Below are positions 56,501-64,000 of a stretch of 64,000 nucleotides of DNA, in pieces; positions within the stretch are counted from its first letter, which is position 1, and each line of letters starts with the position of its first letter. Below the pieces are notes generated by a model. It was not told the origin of the DNA. It saw nothing but the letters and a program-made list of their open reading frames with translations, and made no database searches. The translations under genes were made by a program, and so were the position numbers. The stretch is from a phage. The stretch is from sequence record NC_094493.1. One strand, written 5' to 3'.

Positions 56501-57403
56501 ATACAGGTAGACTCCGCAGGGAATAAATATGTTGCAGGTATTCAGTTGGGGATGGAAGGGTCTGGAGGCCAAGTTCAATCCTACTTCATGGTTAGTGCAA
56601 ACAATTTTGCGGTATACAACCCAGGAAATGGAACAGCAACCCTTGCTTTCGCAATCAAGAACAACCAAGCGTTCTTGAAAGACGCTTTTATAGAGAATGG
56701 CACGATCTCCTCTGCCAAGATCGCACAAGAAATCTCGTCAAACAACTACGATGGCAACGGGTACCATAAATACGGTTGGTATATTAACAAGAACGGGCAC
56801 GCCCAATTTATGGATGTGTGGGTGAAAGGCAACATCAACGCTAGTTCTGGTAACTTCACAGGGGCAGTTAACGCCACTAGTGGTACCTTCCGTGGGGATG
56901 TTTATGCCAATAATGGTAGCTTTAGGGGCACCATAGATGCAACCGGAGGTACCTTCCGTGGTCGTGTAGAAGCTTCTGTTATCCGTGCTAACCAGTTCGA
57001 AGGTGCAATTGTTGCACACAGGACTTACGGGGATTGTGCTCCAGTATATAACTCCCAGCAAAGGGTTTGCCGTTGGAGGTGGAGATACGTAGATAACGTT
57101 TCAGGTCAGGGTAAGAACGTAACATTCTTCTTTAAACTGAATGGTACTCTTGCCAGCTCCCAACTGAATGCATGGATAGCTGGTCATCAGATCCTTGCTG
57201 GCAAGAAGTATTTTAACGACAACAACGGCATGTGTGCGGTAGGGATAACAGGTCTGGGTGAACAAACTATAGACATTGTTATCGAGATTTACACACCGTG
57301 GTCAACGTCAAGCGTGACAGGTGTCACAATCTCCTGTCCTACTGTGATAGTAAGTCGTTCAAACTCTAGCTTCCAGGGACCTTGGAACGAGTCTCACGAC
57401 TAA
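53564..57403 (+). CDS. Lambda J-like central tail fibre / tip attachment protein
   Basis: VKQGYFAITLIPH, YYWYIRTTNAFGSSQFVE, KYVAGIQLGMEG and SYFMVSANNFAVYNPGNG parallel lambda J blocks as recalled; coiled-coil repeats in the distal half. Confidence 0.6.
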   Translation: MPIAMIDNIVASARSSSYDWNASKAALADSLNTVTTRTLDKIFEGNKSYRSQQDRQKLLRSSAAPCSVVYGKTRTSGLLAFLEQDRDRTLHCAIVLANHPLEDIEDILIDGNPISSYGDLVSWELHNDRKTSDPFMGTHCPSWSPDMIGRGISWLRASFRFDPNKFPFGLPNVTLVKVGKKCYDPRISKEVYTNNAALVILDYLRTYLKCPDETINWESFKEAANICDEAVKNADGTSERRYTINGEFDMDEAPASIMAEMLKACGADLSYVAGKYGLLVGAYYGPATMTLSEDCVCGEVKIYPEASFDKRSNTITGRFTSPTKGYSETDFPSVFVPEWIEKDGERKIIDIDYRFVTSPYQAQRVSAIFLRRARAGRIIEVTCNMRGFKFKPGRYVTMDLPSIGIVGQEMRVLEWEFTKKGGVKVKLRQDAKEWNDATGQLPDSGDVDIPISPSGVAQPQNFRYSVLQAGEITHGVLAWDNVGTYAQNIVQVRKNGEIVWTAQTVEQFVRVEGLTKGSYTATVVATSYKGGVSPEAYCEFNIQAPEAPVSVEVKQGYFAITLIPHSRDLASVSTQYDFWTSGMTRLPDTSDATVTSKATRMGVGSTWTSEGLQNDKVYYWYIRTTNAFGSSQFVECAARCYTSIEDLMPQIDAEFKKTETYKELMSTLDSSIEEVENRVTELNRYMDGRVDEAFQQLGDRIGAVVTETTQKFEDVNGNITALDRKLVAAQNKFTNDLNTESGRLASLIETTNKATTDLLNKKTEALDEKLVAAKGELVEQIEGVESGYLAGDKTLDGKINTQRTELDASILSTNQATVDLLNRTSETLDQKISQTNATVSKNYTTLDGKITTAKTDLNTLIANTNKATTDLLNQKTSALSEQITSARGEISTNKQAIDALDGKLTSTKTALDATISDTNKATVDLINGTASAIRQELAVAKQEIMDDVGDVSEIRAAVATTSKAVTDLEGKVNAQWGTKIQVDSAGNKYVAGIQLGMEGSGGQVQSYFMVSANNFAVYNPGNGTATLAFAIKNNQAFLKDAFIENGTISSAKIAQEISSNNYDGNGYHKYGWYINKNGHAQFMDVWVKGNINASSGNFTGAVNATSGTFRGDVYANNGSFRGTIDATGGTFRGRVEASVIRANQFEGAIVAHRTYGDCAPVYNSQQRVCRWRWRYVDNVSGQGKNVTFFFKLNGTLASSQLNAWIAGHQILAGKKYFNDNNGMCAVGITGLGEQTIDIVIEIYTPWSTSSVTGVTISCPTVIVSRSNSSFQGPWNESHD

Positions 57404-57411
57404 CCTTTAAA

Positions 57412-57437
57412 GCCCCGCTTCGGCGGGGTTTATTTTT
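57412..57437 (+). terminator. Rho-independent terminator
   Basis: GCCCCGC-TTCG-GCGGGGT followed by TTATTTTT. Confidence 0.6.
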
Positions 57438-57446
57438 ATGCTCAGA

Positions 57447-57475
57447 TTGACTATTGTTACAAAATTTGGTAAAAT
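57447..57475 (+). promoter_or_regulatory. Sigma70-type promoter (TTGACT, 17 bp, TAAAAT with upstream TG)
   Basis: Read directly from sequence. Confidence 0.5.
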
Positions 57476-57508
57476 ACCTTGTAGAGATTTTCATACCGGA
57501 GGAGTGAC

Positions 57509-58999
57509 GTGGCTAAGTATGGATTGACAGAGGCTGGTTTCGTTATACCAACCCTAAATGACCTAATCGTTGAAACTAAGCAAAGCCTGATCCGTGCTTT
57601 TGGCGAAAACTTCAACGTACAGAGTAACTCCGTTGCAGATAAGCTGACCACTATCTTCAACGAGCGAGAGTATCAACTTATTCTTATGGCAGCATCTGTA
57701 TACGCATCACAGACGCTGTATGGGGCAGAAGGTATTTACCTAGATGAACTTCTTGGAAGACAGGGTATTTACCGAAGAGGCCGTTCTAAATCATCAGGTA
57801 CCTGCCAGTTGACGATCAACACAACTGTGCCGTACAATATGATTTACGATTCCAAAACTTATACGCTGGATAGTGGCAACTTTGTTCTTAGCAATGATGT
57901 GCAAGTGGCAGGGAATCTTATTGCTCACAGAATAAATGCTCCAGACCTAAGGATTGGTAAATACAACTTTCAAATTACCAACCAGACAGATGGAAGTATC
58001 AAAACAAAAAGTCTGGTTTTAACAGATAAGGCTCTGGACTCTTCTGATCTGCCAAGCTTTTACGGAGAGATTAAGCAATTCATTGTAGATAATACAACTC
58101 TGTTAAACGACGATTTGATTCAGATCGATATGTTGACAGGAACGTTGTGGATAGGATACAATTCGAATCTTGATCAAGTTGGACTTAATAGTAGGGTAGA
58201 TTTTAGAGTATCCCCGATTGTAGGGGAAAGAACTATCACCCTAGATGTTATCGCCAACGAGGCTGGTGAGCTGTCAAGAGAGGCAGAAACCGTGACAACA
58301 ATGTCACCTACTCCCAGTGGATTTATCAAGCTTACCAACCGAGAAAGATTCAATGAGGGCAGGGATGTTGAGAAAGACTCAGAGTATCGCTTAAGAGCTT
58401 CCAGCACAAAACAGTTAACATCTAAGGCTACCCGTCCTGCAATCCTTAGCGCTGTAAGCGAGGTGAAAGGTGTTGAGAAAGTGAGAGTGTTCTCTAACAA
58501 TACCGATAAAACTGATGCTAAAGGTATACCTCCTTACAAGTTCCAAGTGGTTGTGTTTGGTGGTGCAACGGAGGACATTTGCCAAGCGCTTTACCAAACT
58601 ATCGCCTGTACGAACAGGACTTATGGTAATATTTTCTACGATGTCACTACATCTGACGGTCAAACTGAAAGAATTTATTACTCCAAGGCAAATACCTACC
58701 GCCTGGATGTAAGAATTACCTACTCTGGTGCTGCGCTTTCCACAACCGAAAAAGATGCCATTGTAGAAGCTCTTTTACAGGTTGTTAACGGACTGGATGT
58801 TGCAGATACGTTGTACAATATCCAATTGGTTGGTGCTGCATCCGCTGCTGTGTCAATAGGCAGATTTAATAGACTGGTAATTCAAGTTAAACCTGTGGGG
58901 GCTTCTGATGAAGCTTACACTACAAACGATATTGTTGCAAACATGACCGAGGTGTTTGACCTCGATGAAAGTAATATAACTTTCCAACAAACTATTTAA
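57509..58999 (+). CDS. Putative baseplate protein (496 aa)
   Basis: GTG start with GGAGGAG RBS; position in tail module. Confidence 0.35.
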   Translation: MAKYGLTEAGFVIPTLNDLIVETKQSLIRAFGENFNVQSNSVADKLTTIFNEREYQLILMAASVYASQTLYGAEGIYLDELLGRQGIYRRGRSKSSGTCQLTINTTVPYNMIYDSKTYTLDSGNFVLSNDVQVAGNLIAHRINAPDLRIGKYNFQITNQTDGSIKTKSLVLTDKALDSSDLPSFYGEIKQFIVDNTTLLNDDLIQIDMLTGTLWIGYNSNLDQVGLNSRVDFRVSPIVGERTITLDVIANEAGELSREAETVTTMSPTPSGFIKLTNRERFNEGRDVEKDSEYRLRASSTKQLTSKATRPAILSAVSEVKGVEKVRVFSNNTDKTDAKGIPPYKFQVVVFGGATEDICQALYQTIACTNRTYGNIFYDVTTSDGQTERIYYSKANTYRLDVRITYSGAALSTTEKDAIVEALLQVVNGLDVADTLYNIQLVGAASAAVSIGRFNRLVIQVKPVGASDEAYTTNDIVANMTEVFDLDESNITFQQTI

Positions 59000-59010
59000 G
59001 GCGGCGAGAT

Positions 59011-59697
59011 ATGGCAGAGATTAAGTCGGATGTTAACCACATCCACACTCTGCCAGATTTTGTTCAGGGGGGTCTTGACTACCTTCCTGGAGATTTTCTG
59101 GCTGAGAAGGTTAATTTGGTCACATTCTTAACCGTGTACCTTAAAAGGTTGGAGGATGTTGATAAGATGCTGGTAGGTTTGGCTGAAGGAAGATTGCTTA
59201 ACAATGCCAGCGGAAGATACCTTGATGAAGTTGGTAATCAACTTGGTATTCTTAGGAATGGACTTTCAGATGCTGATTTTCGTGCCACACTAATTATTCA
59301 GCAGGCTGCAGCATCAAGGGGCGGGACTCGCGAAGATGTCATCTCCACCTTGCGACAATTGTTCGGAAGAGACAATTTCGATACGTGGAAAGGAGACAAC
59401 TTCAGGTTTGACATAAATATTAGAAAAACTTGCTTTGACATATTGCAGTCCATCGATCAGATCTTAGATATGCTACCATTACCTTGTCATTTGCGTCTTA
59501 CAGAATCGCAAGGGCAAGCTTTTGGTTTTGAAGGGGACTCTACAGCTCTTGGCTTCGGATCAGTGTGGGAAGAAAACCAATTCGGAGTTGGTGGGCTGGC
59601 TACTTTGCTATATGTTCCTGACGTAAGACCTGATTGGGACACCACAACCATTTATTGTGAAAGTATTACAGTAAACGCAACTAGACAGGAGGGTTAA
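59011..59697 (+). CDS. Putative baseplate protein (228 aa)
   Basis: ORF coupled to neighbours. Confidence 0.3.
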   Translation: MAEIKSDVNHIHTLPDFVQGGLDYLPGDFLAEKVNLVTFLTVYLKRLEDVDKMLVGLAEGRLLNNASGRYLDEVGNQLGILRNGLSDADFRATLIIQQAAASRGGTREDVISTLRQLFGRDNFDTWKGDNFRFDINIRKTCFDILQSIDQILDMLPLPCHLRLTESQGQAFGFEGDSTALGFGSVWEENQFGVGGLATLLYVPDVRPDWDTTTIYCESITVNATRQEG

Positions 59698-61769
59698 TGG
59701 CAACAGCTGTTTTTAAACCTTACCGTGATTACTCTACAATGGCTGCACAGTTTCATTACCGAACAGTTCAGGATACTGCCGTTCCTGGTAGGGATTATAA
59801 TCATGCTGAGGGCGATGTAACTATCCCAATTGGGGCAACCAGTATTGAGATCCCCGTGGAAATTGTTGACAAATTACCCAACAGGTTACCAAGAAGCTTC
59901 TTTATGGAGTTTTCATCAAAATCTCAAGGAGTGATGATTGGGACACAAAGGGCGAAATGTACAATAGTTTCAGATGAGAATCTTGACAGGATAGCTTGGG
60001 ATACTGTTGAGGAGAGAATGTTTCACCCAAGATATTGGGTTACAACCACTCAGCAGACTGAAAGTACCTGTATTGTTGCAGATAACAACTGTTGTATTAA
60101 CCGTTTAGTGTCAAGAACATATGGAGGTATGGCCGGGTGCATTTGGGAAACAGTTGATAAGTATGACCATTTCGGTATTGGGTTTGATGATCACTATGAG
60201 ATGAGAAACACCAAGCTTTGGTTCAGAATGTCAATAACCAATGCCAGCAACTTCTCCACCCCTGAAAAGATGATTATGACTGTAGACCTTGTTGATGGCA
60301 CAATCATCTATGTTCCTTTAGCTCAATATGCTGCCAGCATCTCAGAGGATAAGAATGTTGCAGAGATTCATATTGATTTCGAGGACTGCGTCGGGATGGA
60401 TCAGAACAACAACATGATGGGTGTTGATCCTCGCCAGGTGAGAAGGATTTTAATACCGCTTATGCCTAAAGATTGGGTAAGTAATAGCACAGACCCGAGA
60501 ACGGAAAATGTAGAGTGTGAGTTGCGCCTAGATCTGCTTCAGCCAGACACGGGCTGGAAAATGATGCAACTTAACAATATTCAGGTTAAAGAGCACGACG
60601 TTGGGATCTGCACCGCATATGACGATATGTGGAACGTATCTCCTTTAAGGGTGTTGAACAATATCAAGCGTCTGGGCTATACCGGAACCATAAACCATTA
60701 TGTTGGTATGAGTCATTATTATGACTACACATGGTCAGGAACCCAATGGTCTATAAACAGAACAGGAGCGCTAAACGCTGCAGCTTATAAATGGCATGAT
60801 GATTTTATGTACAATGCCAAACGACATAACTTCGACGTTATGCAGTCTGTAAGTTTTGAGCTTTACAGCGATGCCTGTCCGTTGGAATGGACCCAAAGAG
60901 ACTGGAACGATAACTACGCTAAAACAGGGTATACACCTTGTAGCTACCTCCTGTCTCCAACCATTGAAGAGGGTATGAATTTCCTTACTGCAGTATTTAA
61001 GAATTTTGCATCAGCCGCTATGAGAAACAACCTGCCAGTGATTATGCAGGTTGGTGAACCATGGTGGTGGTACAATACCGATACTCGTAGACCTTGTATT
61101 TATGATTACCCTACAAAGCAGGCGTTTTATGATGAGACAGGTGAGTATGCATTAGATATTGGGACTATTGACGATCCTAAAACTGGCGGTGTTTACGACA
61201 AGTATGTAGCATTTTGTCGTGGTAAGCTTGGCGCTCGTATTGCGGCTATTTCAAAGGCAATAAAGGCACACGCTGCATCAGCTCAGATGACAGCTCTGCT
61301 GTTTTTCCCAACCATTATGGAAACCGAGCTTACGCAAAAGCTGAACCTTGCTGACCAATATAAAAAAGAAGCAGGTGCTCTTGATTTCTTCTGCACCGAG
61401 TGCTACGATTGGGTAATGCAGGGGGGTATTGAAAAGGCAAAAGAGTCTGTAAACATACCTATCGTTAAGTTAGGTTGGCAACCGTCTGAAATACAATACC
61501 TTGCAGGGTTCGTTCCTAGTAAAGAGCTTGCTCCGGTATATGGCTACGACCCAACTAGGAATTACCAAGAATTTTTATGGAGATGTATTTGCGGAAACAT
61601 GGCAACTATAGAGTATAGATACCCTGAGGTAAAACAGTATGTGTGGGCATACCCGCAAGTAATGTCTGACAGCATCACTGTTACCGCTAGAGATTCTACC
61701 GTGCTTCATATGGGGCAGGTTGCTCTGAAAGGGTATGTAGAGGATGTTGTCCCGCCAGACTTCTCATAA
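59697..61769 (+). CDS. Hypothetical tail protein (690 aa)
   Basis: Large ORF upstream of the tail-fibre gene. Confidence 0.3.
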   Translation: MATAVFKPYRDYSTMAAQFHYRTVQDTAVPGRDYNHAEGDVTIPIGATSIEIPVEIVDKLPNRLPRSFFMEFSSKSQGVMIGTQRAKCTIVSDENLDRIAWDTVEERMFHPRYWVTTTQQTESTCIVADNNCCINRLVSRTYGGMAGCIWETVDKYDHFGIGFDDHYEMRNTKLWFRMSITNASNFSTPEKMIMTVDLVDGTIIYVPLAQYAASISEDKNVAEIHIDFEDCVGMDQNNNMMGVDPRQVRRILIPLMPKDWVSNSTDPRTENVECELRLDLLQPDTGWKMMQLNNIQVKEHDVGICTAYDDMWNVSPLRVLNNIKRLGYTGTINHYVGMSHYYDYTWSGTQWSINRTGALNAAAYKWHDDFMYNAKRHNFDVMQSVSFELYSDACPLEWTQRDWNDNYAKTGYTPCSYLLSPTIEEGMNFLTAVFKNFASAAMRNNLPVIMQVGEPWWWYNTDTRRPCIYDYPTKQAFYDETGEYALDIGTIDDPKTGGVYDKYVAFCRGKLGARIAAISKAIKAHAASAQMTALLFFPTIMETELTQKLNLADQYKKEAGALDFFCTECYDWVMQGGIEKAKESVNIPIVKLGWQPSEIQYLAGFVPSKELAPVYGYDPTRNYQEFLWRCICGNMATIEYRYPEVKQYVWAYPQVMSDSITVTARDSTVLHMGQVALKGYVEDVVPPDFS

Positions 61770-61781
61770 TCAGGAGATAAA

Positions 61782-62822
61782 ATGTCAAAACCTAGTTTTC
61801 CATTAGAGATTTGGGCAGAGGAGGATCAGGTTCTGCCTAACACCCACAGACAGAACAGGCTACGCCCGATTGATGATTTGTGGAGAAAAGGTTGGGATCT
61901 TGGTCAAAAGCCCTCATGTGAAGAACTTAACTATATTTTCAATATGCTCGGAACTTGGGCAAAATACATTGCTGACGAGCAGATCCCCGCTCAAGAAGGC
62001 CGTTATCTGGTACGTGATAATAACTTGAGTGATCTTTTGAACATTCCTGTTGCCCGTAGAAACCTTGGGATTATTACTAAGGAAGAGGCAGACGCCAGGT
62101 ATGTAAAAGTTACAGGTGATACAATGACAGGCCCATTGGGTTTGCAACGTATCAACTTTAAAGCTGCCGAGACAGATAAGGCTTGGATAGAGACAACTAT
62201 TGGCCCAGATAAGACAACTCTCGACTTTGGGTTAAGTGATAATACCGGGTCGTTTGATGATGGTGGTACATCTACAGTAGATGCGTTTCGTTGGAGATTC
62301 CAGCCAACTCAGCCGGATATTAATCCAGAGTTCACTTTGATGTACCTTAACGCGATCACGGCTAACCGTGCGCTGTTGAAAGTGGTCGGCAATGTTGAAG
62401 TTGTCGATAACATGAGGTGTAATAACCTTACTATCAGCAATACAGCAACATTCACCAACTGTAATGTGGCTAGTCAGTTGACGACTGGGTCAGTGTATGT
62501 TAATGGTGGTGCAAGTTGTGACAGTATGGTTGTAAGAAGTCAGCACTGTGTTGTCGGTAACAGAAATGTGGTGCGCTCTGTGAATGGAGTGACGGCTAAC
62601 GGTAACGGTGATGTAACAATCACTATCCCGCAGACAGGTGTGCAAGACATCAGAATCGGTGCAAGACTTGTTGACGGCGTTTCTGAATCTCCAATTCGCA
62701 ACGGCTACGTTGTCACAGGCTGGCATTTCGGTGACAAAAAAGAGATGCGTGGTTCAACCTACTGGGCAGGACCTTTACAAAAACTTGTAAATGGTCAATG
62801 GATCACTGTTAATTATGCATAG
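61782..62822 (+). CDS. Tail fibre protein
   Basis: LSDLLNIPVARRNLGI motif common in fibre N-terminal regions; followed by an assembly chaperone. Confidence 0.5.
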   Translation: MSKPSFPLEIWAEEDQVLPNTHRQNRLRPIDDLWRKGWDLGQKPSCEELNYIFNMLGTWAKYIADEQIPAQEGRYLVRDNNLSDLLNIPVARRNLGIITKEEADARYVKVTGDTMTGPLGLQRINFKAAETDKAWIETTIGPDKTTLDFGLSDNTGSFDDGGTSTVDAFRWRFQPTQPDINPEFTLMYLNAITANRALLKVVGNVEVVDNMRCNNLTISNTATFTNCNVASQLTTGSVYVNGGASCDSMVVRSQHCVVGNRNVVRSVNGVTANGNGDVTITIPQTGVQDIRIGARLVDGVSESPIRNGYVVTGWHFGDKKEMRGSTYWAGPLQKLVNGQWITVNYA

Positions 62823-62836
62823 ATCGGAGGACTAGC

Positions 62837-63421
62837 ATGAAAATACTTCAAGAGTTTAAACTTTACCAACCGGGATCTGGCGAATACCACGCCAACAAGG
62901 AAACCAAGGAGCTGACCCCCCAAGAGGTTGAGGATTACACCGCATACACTGGGTATTTTTTACGTAATGATGATGGAGATTGGTATGTGCAGTCACGAAC
63001 ATTACGACAAGAAAATCCGGGTTGTATCTTCCTACTTGTTGACGAGAAGGGAATTCTTAAGACATCTACAGAAGAACCTGATGCCTTATGGCCTGCTCCA
63101 GGTCTTCGTGTGGTTATCGCCAAAAAAGAAGAGGTACCAGAAAACATTATGCTTCACCACGACGCTTTGCGTTTAGTTGGTGATGAATTTGTCACAGATA
63201 ATGAATTCTTTGTTCAACAGGCAGAGGGTGTCATAGAGACAGAACTTGCTTGGGCTACTGCTAGAATTGGTGCCTATCAAGACATGATTGACCTTGAATA
63301 TGATCTTACTGATGACCAGAAACGTAACATCAGAGATTTGAAAATGTACAGGGTAAAACTTCTTGAAATAGATACATCTAAAGCCCCTGACATTTTCTTC
63401 CCGGAGCGACCTACCCTCTAA
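62837..63421 (+). CDS. Tail fibre assembly protein (Tfa-like)
   Basis: C-terminal YQDMIDLEYDL...YRVKLLEIDTSKAPDIFFPERP resembles Tfa chaperones. Confidence 0.5.
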   Translation: MKILQEFKLYQPGSGEYHANKETKELTPQEVEDYTAYTGYFLRNDDGDWYVQSRTLRQENPGCIFLLVDEKGILKTSTEEPDALWPAPGLRVVIAKKEEVPENIMLHHDALRLVGDEFVTDNEFFVQQAEGVIETELAWATARIGAYQDMIDLEYDLTDDQKRNIRDLKMYRVKLLEIDTSKAPDIFFPERPTL

Positions 63422-63432
63422 GAGGAGGTGTT

Positions 63433-63747
63433 GTGGAGTTGGATTTGGCGGCATTGTACGGTATCTGCATGGGTACCGTTGTCCCGATCTGTGTATGGGC
63501 TTTCAACCAGTGGCACACCAAATGGAAAGGCATTTCCAAAAGGTTGGATGAACTGGAGAAAGACCTCATCTTAGTGAAAAACAGTATGGTTACAAAAGAT
63601 AAACTTGATTCCGTTATCGAGACCCGGTTAAGCAAGCTAGAGGCCGATATTAACGACCTTAAGCAGGATGTCAGGACAGATGTCTCCGGTATCCGAGCTG
63701 ATGTACAAAAGATTTTGCACATGCTCGTAGAGCATAGTAAAAGGTAA
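63433..63747 (+). CDS. Hypothetical membrane/coiled-coil protein (104 aa)
   Basis: Hydrophobic N-terminus then coiled-coil-like region; GTG start. Confidence 0.3.
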   Translation: MELDLAALYGICMGTVVPICVWAFNQWHTKWKGISKRLDELEKDLILVKNSMVTKDKLDSVIETRLSKLEADINDLKQDVRTDVSGIRADVQKILHMLVEHSKR

Positions 63748-63777
63748 ACAAAGGTCAGAACGGAAAGGACTCCGTTC

Positions 63778-63806
63778 TTGCATTTTGTTCTCTAAAGTGT
63801 TAAAAT
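63778..63806 (+). promoter_or_regulatory. Sigma70-type promoter (TTGCAT, 17 bp, TAAAAT)
   Basis: Read directly from sequence, ahead of the second fibre gene. Confidence 0.4.
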
Positions 63807-63836
63807 AGTCCTAAGGAATTTTCTCAGGAGAACGCG

Positions 63837-64000
63837 ATGACTAAACCAGTTATCCCTCTTGATATTTGGGCCAATCAGGATGTTGTGCTTGAAAATACGG
63901 GAGAGTTGAATAAGTCTCAACCAAAAAAAGAAGAGAGATTGAAAGGTTGGGATATGACACAAAGAGTGGCATGTGAAGTTGTTAACTTTGAACTTCACAC
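63837..64000 (+). CDS. Second tail fibre paralogue, N-terminal fragment (runs off window end)
   Basis: MTKPVIPLDIWANQDVVLENT...LKGWDM parallels MSKPSFPLEIWAEEDQVLPNT...RKGWDL of the 61782 gene. Confidence 0.45.
   Translation, partial: MTKPVIPLDIWANQDVVLENTGELNKSQPKKEERLKGWDMTQRVACEVVNFELH

Noticed and set aside
1-64000. Prophage or integrative element
   Set aside because: No integrase, excisionase, repressor module, att-like flanking repeats or host genes were seen; the content is that of a lytic phage genome segment

Overview
The window reads as a contiguous piece of a large lytic, tailed-phage genome; no integrase, att sites, CRISPR arrays or rRNA genes were seen. Coordinates of ORFs follow the supplied six-frame track (some starts moved to an internal ATG with a better RBS); coordinates of promoters, terminators, tRNAs and repeats were counted by eye and may be off by 1-2 nt. 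All protein assignments are motif-level readings without database searches. Layout: (1) 1-17.7 kb, minus strand: nucleotide-metabolism, replication and recombination genes (nrdB fragment, nrdA, ThyX-like enzyme, HAD phosphatase, dNMP kinase, adenine methyltransferase, DEDD exonuclease, endonuclease VII-like and RuvC-like resolvases, FEN/RNase H-like nuclease, lambda R-type endolysin, ATP-dependent DNA ligase), ending in an operon of RNA ligase, small ORF, Sir2-family protein and MazG-like ORF. (2) 17.8-21.6 kb, plus strand: polynucleotide kinase-like and metallophosphatase genes, an HTH protein, and a 660-bp non-coding region with four iteron-like repeats, AT-rich palindromes and a GC-rich block. 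(3) 21.7-22.6 kb: a cluster of six canonical tRNAs plus one atypical tRNA-like element behind a consensus sigma70-type promoter. (4) 22.6-64 kb, plus strand: spanin-like pair, a large terminase gene split by an apparent group I intron carrying an HNH endonuclease, portal, scaffold, lambda D/E-like capsid genes, sheath/tube candidates, chaperones with a -1 frameshift site, tape measure, baseplate, lambda J-like and tail-fibre genes. The best candidates for something new are the sirtuin inside a split RNA-repair locus, a possible base-modification trio built on a divergent ThyX-fold enzyme, the atypical tRNA-like element, and two GC-rich structured blocks in non-coding DNA.
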